Below, in pieces: positions 38,301 through 45,813 of a stretch of 64,000 nucleotides of DNA; position 1 is the stretch's first letter; each line of letters begins with the position of its first letter. Position numbers and translations under genes: made by a program. Source of the DNA: a virus (lineage: Duplodnaviria > Caudoviricetes); IMG/VR virus record IMGVR_UViG_3300043391_000370, positions 17,703 through 81,702 of that record, one strand, 5' to 3'. Below the pieces are notes generated by a model. That model saw only the letters and a program-made list of their open reading frames with translations, was not told the DNA's origin and did not search any database.

Positions 38301-40549
38301 CCAAGAAAATAATTAGTACCATCAAACATAAAAGTGTAAATAGAGGATGCACTAACTGCAGCACTTCTTAAAGTCCAGGTTATTGTATCCGTAGAAGCAA
38401 TTAAAATTCCCAAAGTACCCCCGGCAAGATAGATTCCATTACCATATCCTAGTGAAAGAATACCTGATGTACCAAAACCTGAAATGGTTGTTCTTTGAGT
38501 CCAGGTGATTGAGTCTGTAGATGCTGACAGAGTTCCGGTTATTCCACCAGCAACATAAAGATTGTTGCCAAATGTAAATGCCTGGATAATGGTAGAACCA
38601 AATCCTGATGTTCTTTGAGTCCAAAGAGTTGATACTGCAACACCAGCAGCATAATAAGTCGTACCCTTATATCCAAGAGCATTAATTGTTTGAGTAGTAC
38701 CAAAAGTTCTCAAATTCCAAGTTGATAGTCCAGATGAGAATGCTCCACCACCGGCACCACCACTACCGATGCTTCCAGTATAAGAACTTAGAATACTTGC
38801 TGCTCCATTTGTTCCGGCATTTGAACCACCAGTAACAGTATAACTATTTCCATAATAGTAAGAGGTAACACTACCACCACTATTCGTATTATAAGCACCA
38901 CCGGCACCACCAGTCGGTTGATAAGGTACTGATGGTGATGTTGCATTAATTCCAGTTCCAAGTACAGAAAGACCGGCACCACCAGCAAGACCGGCAGTTG
39001 TATAGAATGGATTTACAGTAGATGCAGTTGCCGCACCTGCTGGACCTGCCGTGACTGCCGTATCAGAAGCACCAGTACCACCGGCAGCACTTAAGGTATA
39101 AGTAAGTGTCCCGTCAGTAATATGAGGTATTCCAGTCCAGGTTAAAGTTGTTGCGGAACCTGATGATGTACTGTTAACAACATTAAGATTACCAGTAGTG
39201 CCTACAAGATAAAGACCATTTAAGTATTCAGTTGTCCATGCAATACCATAATTCTGAACAAGTGCGGTTCTTTGTGTCCAAACTATCGTATCGGTAGAAG
39301 TCGCAACAAATCCAGTTGGTGCCGATGTAACTCCAATATTAATAGCAGCACCACCAGAAGCAACATAAACACCATTACCATAAGTTATAAACCATGTCGA
39401 TGATTTACCAAACCCAGAAGTTCTATAAGTCCAGGTGATTGCATCTGTAGAAGTGGTTAGTACTCCAGCAGAACCACCGACAACATAAAGATTATTCGCA
39501 AACTTAATTGCTTTTACATCAGTATAACCAAATCCAGAAGTTCTTTGTGTCCAGGTGATTGCATCTGTTGAAGTGTTTAGAACTCCACCATTACCAACGG
39601 CAACAAAAGATGTTCCATAAGCAAAAGTATTAATAGTTGTTGTACCAAAACCAGAAGTTCTTTGTGTCCAGGTAATCGAGTCCGTTGAAGTATTTAAGAT
39701 TCCACTATCACCACCGACAACATAGGTATTGTTTGCATAAAATGAGGTATAAATGTTTGATGTACCAAAACCAGATGAAGTTCTTAAAGTCCAGGCAATT
39801 GCATCTGTTGAAGTTTGAATCAATCCAGAAAATCCACCAATTACAAAAATATTATTCCCATAAATGATAGACCTACTAACAGTAGTTGGTGCCGCAGAAG
39901 TTCTTAAAGTCCAAATAATTGTATCTGGAGAAGTATATATTGATACAGAAAAGGAAACATAAACACCATTACCATATGCTAATCCAAAAACAGTATTATT
40001 AGTGGCTCTTGGTCTCCATGTAATACCATCAGTACTTACAGATAATCCACGATTTCCTGCAAGACCACGAGTACCAGGTGTTACGGTAATCGTAGAAGCA
40101 CCGGCAAGTTCTGGACGACGAATGATCCAAGAAGCATAGGCACCAGAACCTCCACCGGCAGCGGCACCTAATGTACCTGTTGGTCTTCCTGCTGATCCCG
40201 CACCACCTGCACCAATTGCCTCAATATAAAGAGTCGATGCACTTTGAGGAACATAAAAGGTTTGTGCAAATGGTTGTGTAAACTCCTGAGCACCTTTATA
40301 AGTTACTGCATTACTTGCCGATGAAGTTAATGGTTTCCAACTGGTTGAACTACTTGAATATGGTGATGTGAGTAAGGTTCCAGTACCACCACCAGAGATT
40401 ACATAATTATCCGATGTCTTTGTGGAGTATAATAAAGATGAAGTATTCGAAGTTCTGAGTGTCCAGGTGATTGAATCCGTCGAACTAAGTACTGCACCAG
40501 TTAATGGACTTGTCGCAATATAAGTATTATTGATGTAATTGATCTTCAT
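32369..40549 (-). CDS. Giant Asp-box/BNR-like repeat protein (2726 aa) on a Gly-rich scaffold; putative virion appendage
   Basis: About 57 S-T-D-x-I-x-W-T-x-R-T-S-G repeats; C-terminus GDGGDGYVKITWW. Confidence 0.85.
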   Translation of the reverse strand: MKINYINNTYIATSPLTGAVLSSTDSITWTLRTSNTSSLLYSTKTSDNYVISGGGTGTLLTSPYSSSSTSWKPLTSSASNAVTYKGAQEFTQPFAQTFYVPQSASTLYIEAIGAGGAGSAGRPTGTLGAAAGGGSGAYASWIIRRPELAGASTITVTPGTRGLAGNRGLSVSTDGITWRPRATNNTVFGLAYGNGVYVSFSVSIYTSPDTIIWTLRTSAAPTTVSRSIIYGNNIFVIGGFSGLIQTSTDAIAWTLRTSSGFGTSNIYTSFYANNTYVVGGDSGILNTSTDSITWTQRTSGFGTTTINTFAYGTSFVAVGNGGVLNTSTDAITWTQRTSGFGYTDVKAIKFANNLYVVGGSAGVLTTSTDAITWTYRTSGFGKSSTWFITYGNGVYVASGGAAINIGVTSAPTGFVATSTDTIVWTQRTALVQNYGIAWTTEYLNGLYLVGTTGNLNVVNSTSSGSATTLTWTGIPHITDGTLTYTLSAAGGTGASDTAVTAGPAGAATASTVNPFYTTAGLAGGAGLSVLGTGINATSPSVPYQPTGGAGGAYNTNSGGSVTSYYYGNSYTVTGGSNAGTNGAASILSSYTGSIGSGGAGGGAFSSGLSTWNLRTFGTTQTINALGYKGTTYYAAGVAVSTLWTQRTSGFGSTIIQAFTFGNNLYVAGGITGTLSASTDSITWTQRTTISGFGTSGILSLGYGNGIYLAGGTLGILIASTDTITWTLRSAAVSASSIYTFMFDGTNYFLGATSGIINTSTDTIAWTLRTSGFGTSGIGNFAAGNGLIYASGQPNPYLASGAGGTIRVSTDSISWVSRTSSGFGTSNINSLLYANNLYLAGGQGGVLNTSTNTIVWTLRTAGFGTVFINTLSYGNGVYVAGGQVNSGTNTVTTSTDGITWVTRTSGFGGSTIGQLLYNSGSFYAAGSGGTIATALDAQVSSFGNGAHFSISTDTINWTLRTTGINTQTITTTFSDNTFYLAGGTNYINEGFIIASTDTINWTSRNPGIANNQPITALGYNNGLYLAGGATITTMWNQRTSGFGTSAIATLAFGNNFYAAAGAGGLLTASTDTISWAIRTSGFGTTAIGAMTFFNNEFVAGGASVSTIWFLRTAGFGTSTISTLAFGNNIYLAASNITTRTSTDAIAWTTRTTSTSPSIINTATFFNGEILIGGANIIWDQRTSGFGTSAIYTSIYDGTNFLAAGTGGRLVVSTDGIAWTSRTSGTAATIGQSSGGNGLLYVAGKSGSATTGNEPYVLSGGSGLLRTSTDTIAWTQRTATTLSIVAIAYGDSPISTYVFTSSVTVFTSTDAIRWTIRTSGDVTNSIQSLNYSSLPTPTYLLTRNAGVIQTSTDAITWTARTSGTANALYQSLYAGVYVVSGVSGTILTSTDAIAWTLRTAGVIQSFVGLAHNSGVYVASGVAGANISSTDAITWTLRTSGFGGTTIRALVYGNNTYLNGGDAGTLTSTTQTTLANLGDGGVISASTDAINWTLRTTGFLNLDKITTLGSGGSYSFLTGTNYLSAVNGNLQVSTNNIVWTQRTSGTTLAINAFGYTNNLYVAAGATLSTLWTTRTTTGFGTSSINALTYGNNFYIAGGDAGIINTSTDSINWILRTSGFGTTLINALTYGTSFVAGGAAGTLTTSTDRITWELRTSGFGTSIIYETTYSSDLGIYIAGGDAGTLTSSTDTITWTAQTSGFGTSTIYAGLYSTVDGLYLIGGASGTITYSRDSTSWIVQTSGLGTTDIRAISYGATLYLAGGNGGLVSSSTDSVVWTLRTSGFGANNILGLTYGQSVFTAVGVNGVSATSTNAITWILRTSGFGTSQINALTFGNNIYFAGGASGTLTTSNDTVLSSFGNGAYLSSSTDTITWTLRSTGLNTQTITTLTTSESLYVAAGTNYIGQPFLTTSTDTINWALQTSGFGVSVINTLVYNNNVYASGGVAGTQLVSTDAIVWTLRTSGFGTSAITASVYGNQTFVMSGITGRMISTPQSILGSFGTGVTLNASTDTITWTVRSTALNIQTLTAVNGGTLVPFSTWTQRTSGFGSSVIYALTYGNGLYVAAGGGGTIVTSTDTITWTQRTSNGMVDNFITSTYANNTYFLSGDGGFLNTSTDGIVWQYRTTPATQTWSIIYANNQYVTGNQSGNLSTSTDSLTWTLRTCSGFGSSYIFSVVYGNNLYVAAGDSAILNTSTDAITWTQRTSGFGTTIIYSLVYGNGLYVAASIGGGPSLGTSTDAITWTLRTSGFTGGSIWSLLYANNLYVIGGDGGRLNISTDAITWTLRNPGFGTSIVRAQLLFANNILVAGGYGGTITTSTTTQLSYNLATGTNYLGNARSLIASTDNITWSERTSGFGATQINAFTAGTLFVAGGNGGLLGTSTDSIVWTSRTTGFGTSSILALTYGTIYIAGGAATLRTSTDAIAWTTRTTGFGTINVNSIIYVYGDGIYVASGNSAISRTSTDGIVWTARTSGFGTTAISTSVYGNNNYLLAGAAGTLTASTQTLLSSYGVNGAYFAVSADTASWTLRTTVMTNVQSITALTYDSNYYVAATSDYFGVTNTIITSTDTISWVLRTTGFGTTNINAVSYGTVFFAGGNAGLLRTSTDTIIWEQRTTGFGTSAIFRLSYLNSIYYAVGAGGVIRLSTDAITWTSRTSTTTNLLNSITYGAAGYAAAGVSGTLSSSSITSIGIAGDGGNGDRGGGGGGGAYADENQTFGVGGDGGDGYVKITWW

Positions 40550-40602
40550 CTATTATACACCTTTCTGTTGGAAATTATAATTCAACGGACACATTTTAAT
40601 TC

Positions 40603-40609
40603 TATTTAG
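40603..40609 (-). promoter_or_regulatory. Late-promoter-like CTAAATA in the gap between the two giant genes
   Basis: Same motif as upstream of gp26 (15608-15614) and in the gp4 divergent gap. Confidence 0.5.
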
Positions 40610-40632
40610 ATTGATTACAAAATGGTAATATA

Positions 40633-43600
40633 CTAATATCCAGAAGTTCTCTGAGTCCAGGTAATTGTATCTGTTGAGACTGCAAAGGAACTACCTGTAT
40701 CACTTGCAATATAAAGACTATCCTTACCAACAAAGGTAATATCATCCACAGAAGAAGTTCCAAATCCAGAAGTTCTTAAGTACCAAGTAACAGTATCAAT
40801 TGAAGTAGCAATTGTTCCAGAATCACCAACAATAAAATAAGTTGCATTATAATATTTAACACCATTAATTATTGTTCCCATAGTAATTCCTGTTGCTCTT
40901 GTAGTCCAGATAATTGAATCCGTCGATGCCGCAATTATTCCAGGTCTTCTATCATAATCTGAGAACGATGCCAGATAATATTGACTTCCCAAAATAACAT
41001 GATCTAATTGCTGTACGTTCACAGAAGAAGTTCTTAATCTCCAGGAAATTGCATCGGTGGAAACAATAATAGTGGCACCATCTCCACGATTCGTTAGAGA
41101 ACTATAAGTTCCGGTAGCAACATAACCAAATGATGAAACCTGAACATAAGTATCATTATTATAAGCAATACCATTAATTATATCAGTAATACCAGAGGTT
41201 CTGGCAATCCAGATTACACCATCAGTTGAAGCAGAGTTACCACCACCACCAGAAGTTACATAAAGATTATTGGCATATAATACATTTCGAGTACCACCCG
41301 TAGCAACAGTTCTTAAAGTCCAGGTGATTGAATCTGTGGATGTTTGAATAATTCCAGCACCAGATGGAGAAATGTGTCCAGCAACATAAAGATTTGTACC
41401 ATTATAAGTTATACCATTAATTGGATATCCTGGTTGCCTATAAGCAGATGTTCTTAATACCCAAGAAACGGCATTTGTGGAAACTGCAATTGATGTATTG
41501 CCATCAAAATCACTAAATCCACCGACAAACTTCAGACCATCATAGAAAAAGGTATTTGCATCTTGAACATTTGATACTGTGGTTCTAACAAACCAGTTAA
41601 TGGTGTCTGTAGATGCCGATAAGAATGCACCATTACCTGGATTAGTGAGTGATGCATAGGTTGCCGTACCCAGAATACCAAGCTCTCCAGAAAAAATAAA
41701 TTGATTATTTGCATAACTTAAAGTAAAAATATTTCGGGTTACTCCAGAAGTTCTAAGAGACCAAGTAATTGTGTCTGTTGAGATTGCTGTGCCACCTGTA
41801 GATGCACTAACAACATAAAGTCCATTATCATAAGCAAATGAATAGATAGTTGTTGAACCAAATCCAGAAGTTCTTAGTGTCCAGGTGATTGCATCTGTTG
41901 AAGTGTTTAAAGTTCCACCACCGGCACCACCAAGAATATAAGTACCGTTCTGATACAACATTCCATAGATTGTTGCACCAGTACCTGATATGCCAGCAGT
42001 TCTTAACGTCCAGGTGATAGTATCTGTCGATGTTATAATAGGTGGAATTTCACCAGATCTCCCACCACCACCAGCAACATAAAGACCATTACCATAGATT
42101 AATCCTCGACTATCTCCAGTATTAGTAAGTCCGGTTGTTCTTAGTGACCAGAAAATTGCATTTGTCGAAACTGAAATTACACAATCATTTGCAACACCAA
42201 GAGATTCTCCAGAAACACCAGAACCAACATAAAGACCATTAACATAGATTAGTGCTCGATAAAATGCGGTTGTTCCAGAAGTTCTTTGTGTCCAGGCAAT
42301 TGCATTTGTTGAAGACGTAATGGTTCCACCCCGACCATTCAAAACATAAGTACCGGCATTATAAACAAACCCATGTATTGCACTCGTACCAAATCCAGAA
42401 GTTCTAGCAGTCCAGGTGATTGTATCCGTAGAAGCAATTAAGAGTCCACTATTGCCACCAGTAACGTAAAAACCATTCTGATAAATTACTGTTCCCATTC
42501 CACCAAATCCAGAAGTTCTTAAAGTCCAGGCAACAGTAGGATTCAAACCACCAATCAAATAAAATCCACCACCAAAATAAACAGTATTTACAGTCTTACC
42601 ATAAGACCTAGAAGTTCTTAAAATCCAGGTGATATTATCAGTCGAAGCAGAAGTCACACCAGGAATTGAGAAATAATCAGTTCCGGAAGCAACATAATAA
42701 GAACTCGAAGCAGTTAGTTTATCAACCTGAACCATTCCTGATGATGTGGTTCTTGTAGTCCAGGAGACTGCATCAGTAGAAACATTCAGTCTTGCACCAT
42801 TACCTAAGGTTGTTAAGATACTTGCAGATGCTGATTGAAGTCTTCCTGTGGTTCCAGAAGTTATGAAAGTATTATTACCGGCAGCAGCACGATGCATTAA
42901 AGTAACAGATTGACTTATAGTAGATGTTCTTGATATCCAAATGATTCCATCAGTTGATGTTCTTGTAGAACCTCCAGCAGTAGCAAGCACAAAAATATTA
43001 TTTGCATATACTAAATCTCTAGATATTGATGTTCCTAGTGACCCAGTTCTTAATGTCCAAGTGATTGTATCTGTGGAAGTTTGTATAATGCCATTATTAT
43101 CACTCGAAACAGTAACATAAAGATTTGAACCATTTGTACTAAGAACTGCAGTATAATTTGATGCTGCAGCAGTTCTTGCAGTCCAGTTAATCGTATCTGT
43201 GGAAACTGCAAGTGTTGTATTGGAATTATAATTACTCAGAGCAGCAAGATAAAGTGAAGAACTGGAAGTGATCGCATCTACTTGCTGAACATTCGGTATT
43301 GAAGTTCTTATGTCCCAGGTGATATTATCAGTAGAGGTTGATAGAAGTGCTCCGTTTCCTAGATTTGTGAGTTGTGAGTATGTTGCCGTGGTTAGAGTTC
43401 CATTATCACCACCAGCAACATAAGTATTATTGCCAAAGGTTAATCCAATTATACGAGTTGAACCAAATCCAGAAGTTCTTTGTGTCCAAGTGATAGTATC
43501 TGTTGAAATGATTAATGTTCCACTATTACCTGAAGCAACATAAAGATTATTTCCATAAAGAAACTCATATAAATTAACTGCAGTTCCAGAAGTTCTAAAA

Positions 43601-45777
43601 GTCCAGGCAATTGTATCTGTTGAAGTGGTTATAAGTCCACCATTACCACCGGCAACATAAGTATTGTTTCCATAAACTAATGATTGAATTGCATTCGTAC
43701 CAAATCCAGAAGTTCTAAATGTCCAAGTGATTGCATCTGAGGATGTTGCTAAGGTTCCAACAACACCACCAGCAACATAAAAATTATTACCAAATGTAAG
43801 TGTTTGAATATTAGTATTGCCAAATCCTGAAGTTCTATAAGTCCAAGTGATTGCATCTGTTGAAGTGGTTATAGTTCCACCCGTACCACCAGCAACATAA
43901 AGGTTATTTGCATAAGTAATTTCAAATATACTACTTGTACCAAATCCAGAAGTTCTCTGCTCCCAAGTAATAGTATCTGTTGAAGTCGATAATACATTTG
44001 CACCAAATGCATTAGCAACATAAAGATTATTTCCATATGTTATTGCAAAAATTTCAGTTGTACCAAATCCAGAAGTTCTCAAAATCCAACTGATTGAATC
44101 AGTCGAAGTACTTATGAGACCATTTCTTCCATTAATTGTATAAAAATTATTTGCAAAAAGGATATTACTTATTTGTTCTGCAGTTCCAGAAGTTCTTAAA
44201 GTCCAACTTACAACAAGACTTAAACCACCAACCAAATATCTACTATCATCGGCATAAAGTGAAGTAATCGCATTTCCACTCACACCAGCAGTTCTTAAAG
44301 TCCAAATGATATTATTTGTAGATACAGAAATAATACCTCCCACACCAGCATAAGTACAATTTGATGCAAGATAATATGAGGAATTAGAAGCAAAATAATC
44401 GACTTGTGCAATACCTGATGTTGTGGTTCTTGTAGTCCAGGATACTGCATCGGTAGAAGCAGTTAGAAGAGCACCATTATCAAGAAGTCCTGATGCCGTG
44501 GTTAAAGTTCCACCACTACCACCAGCAACATAAAGATTGTTTACATAACGTAACATACTAATAAGTGATGTACCAAATCCAGAAGTTCTATAAGTCCAGG
44601 TGATTGCATCTGTTGAAGTGGTTAATCTTCCATTATCACCACCAGCAACATAAGTATTGTTTGCATAAAGTAAAGATAGAATATGTGTAGAACCAAATCC
44701 AGAAGTTCTTAAAGTCCAGGCAATTGTATCTGTTGAAGTGTTTAGAGTTCCACCAGTACCACCTACAATATAAGTATTGTTTGCATAAAGTACGGAACGA
44801 ATCTGTGATGCACCAAATCCAGAAGTTCTTTGAGTCCAAGTGATTGAATCAGTTGAAGTGTTTAGAACTCCACTAAACCCACCAGCAACATAAAGATTAT
44901 TTGCATAAATTAAAGGAATAATAACTGTTGCACCAAATCCAGAAGTTCTTAGTGTCCAGGCAATTGAGTCTGTCGAAACTGATATTCCACCATCACCTGC
45001 AATATAATAATTACTGTTTGCATAAATTAATGATGCAATAGTTACCGAAACACCAGAAGTTCTTAGTGTCCAGGCAATTGAGTCTGTTGAAGTGTTTAGA
45101 GTTCCACCAGCACCAGCAGTAACATAAAAATTATTTTCAAAAATAATTGCTCTTATGGTACTTACACCAAATCCAGAAGTTCTTTGAGTCCAATTATTCA
45201 AAGAATCATAAAGACCACCAGCAAGAAAATATCCCTGACCAAAGACTACATCATTAATATCAACACTACCAAACCCAGAAGTTCTTAATGTCCAGGTAAT
45301 TGTATCAGTATATCCACCGGCAACAAAGTATCCATTTCCATAGGTTACGTCATTAACTGTAGTAGTTCCAAATCCTGAAGTTCTTAAAGTCCAACTTAAA
45401 CTTCTATCCGTGTCACCACCGGCAAGGTAAATATTATTCCCATAAACAACATCATACAATATCGCATTTGAAGCAGACGTTCTTAAAGTCCAAGATACTG
45501 CATCCGTAGAAGTATTTAATATTCCTGTACTACTTCCTCCAACGGCAACATAAAGATTATTGGAATAAAGGAGTCCGTTAATATTATCTGTACCAAAACC
45601 AGCAGTTCTTAAAATCCAGACAACTCCTGGAGATGGATCAACTTGCAAAAAGGTATTAGCAGCTGCCGTTGTAACTGATGCAAATGAGGCATTATCTACA
45701 TACTCTTTGTTTACAACATCAGTAGAATTGGATACTACACTTACATCAATAACCTTATTACTGTCTAATGTTGCCAT
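40633..45777 (-). CDS. Giant Asp-box/BNR-like repeat protein (1714 aa), ends in mid-repeat
   Basis: About 40 repeats; N-terminal STDVVNKEYVDN; ends TDTITWTQRTSGY-stop. Confidence 0.85.
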   Translation of the reverse strand: MATLDSNKVIDVSVVSNSTDVVNKEYVDNASFASVTTAAANTFLQVDPSPGVVWILRTAGFGTDNINGLLYSNNLYVAVGGSSTGILNTSTDAVSWTLRTSASNAILYDVVYGNNIYLAGGDTDRSLSWTLRTSGFGTTTVNDVTYGNGYFVAGGYTDTITWTLRTSGFGSVDINDVVFGQGYFLAGGLYDSLNNWTQRTSGFGVSTIRAIIFENNFYVTAGAGGTLNTSTDSIAWTLRTSGVSVTIASLIYANSNYYIAGDGGISVSTDSIAWTLRTSGFGATVIIPLIYANNLYVAGGFSGVLNTSTDSITWTQRTSGFGASQIRSVLYANNTYIVGGTGGTLNTSTDTIAWTLRTSGFGSTHILSLLYANNTYVAGGDNGRLTTSTDAITWTYRTSGFGTSLISMLRYVNNLYVAGGSGGTLTTASGLLDNGALLTASTDAVSWTTRTTTSGIAQVDYFASNSSYYLASNCTYAGVGGIISVSTNNIIWTLRTAGVSGNAITSLYADDSRYLVGGLSLVVSWTLRTSGTAEQISNILFANNFYTINGRNGLISTSTDSISWILRTSGFGTTEIFAITYGNNLYVANAFGANVLSTSTDTITWEQRTSGFGTSSIFEITYANNLYVAGGTGGTITTSTDAITWTYRTSGFGNTNIQTLTFGNNFYVAGGVVGTLATSSDAITWTFRTSGFGTNAIQSLVYGNNTYVAGGNGGLITTSTDTIAWTFRTSGTAVNLYEFLYGNNLYVASGNSGTLIISTDTITWTQRTSGFGSTRIIGLTFGNNTYVAGGDNGTLTTATYSQLTNLGNGALLSTSTDNITWDIRTSIPNVQQVDAITSSSSLYLAALSNYNSNTTLAVSTDTINWTARTAAASNYTAVLSTNGSNLYVTVSSDNNGIIQTSTDTITWTLRTGSLGTSISRDLVYANNIFVLATAGGSTRTSTDGIIWISRTSTISQSVTLMHRAAAGNNTFITSGTTGRLQSASASILTTLGNGARLNVSTDAVSWTTRTTSSGMVQVDKLTASSSYYVASGTDYFSIPGVTSASTDNITWILRTSRSYGKTVNTVYFGGGFYLIGGLNPTVAWTLRTSGFGGMGTVIYQNGFYVTGGNSGLLIASTDTITWTARTSGFGTSAIHGFVYNAGTYVLNGRGGTITSSTNAIAWTQRTSGTTAFYRALIYVNGLYVGSGVSGESLGVANDCVISVSTNAIFWSLRTTGLTNTGDSRGLIYGNGLYVAGGGGRSGEIPPIITSTDTITWTLRTAGISGTGATIYGMLYQNGTYILGGAGGGTLNTSTDAITWTLRTSGFGSTTIYSFAYDNGLYVVSASTGGTAISTDTITWSLRTSGVTRNIFTLSYANNQFIFSGELGILGTATYASLTNPGNGAFLSASTDTINWFVRTTVSNVQDANTFFYDGLKFVGGFSDFDGNTSIAVSTNAVSWVLRTSAYRQPGYPINGITYNGTNLYVAGHISPSGAGIIQTSTDSITWTLRTVATGGTRNVLYANNLYVTSGGGGNSASTDGVIWIARTSGITDIINGIAYNNDTYVQVSSFGYVATGTYSSLTNRGDGATIIVSTDAISWRLRTSSVNVQQLDHVILGSQYYLASFSDYDRRPGIIAASTDSIIWTTRATGITMGTIINGVKYYNATYFIVGDSGTIATSIDTVTWYLRTSGFGTSSVDDITFVGKDSLYIASDTGSSFAVSTDTITWTQRTSGY

Positions 45778-45813
45778 TTACTTCGAGTCTCCGTAATGAT
45801 ATTTATTGATCAT

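Noticed and set aside
40550-40635. Gene-60-style translational bypass or an intron joining the two giant ORFs
   Set aside because: No matched landing codon precedes the second ORF (TAA TAG lie directly before its ATG), no take-off hairpin or intron core is visible, and the gap holds a promoter-like motif. Not excluded experimentally.
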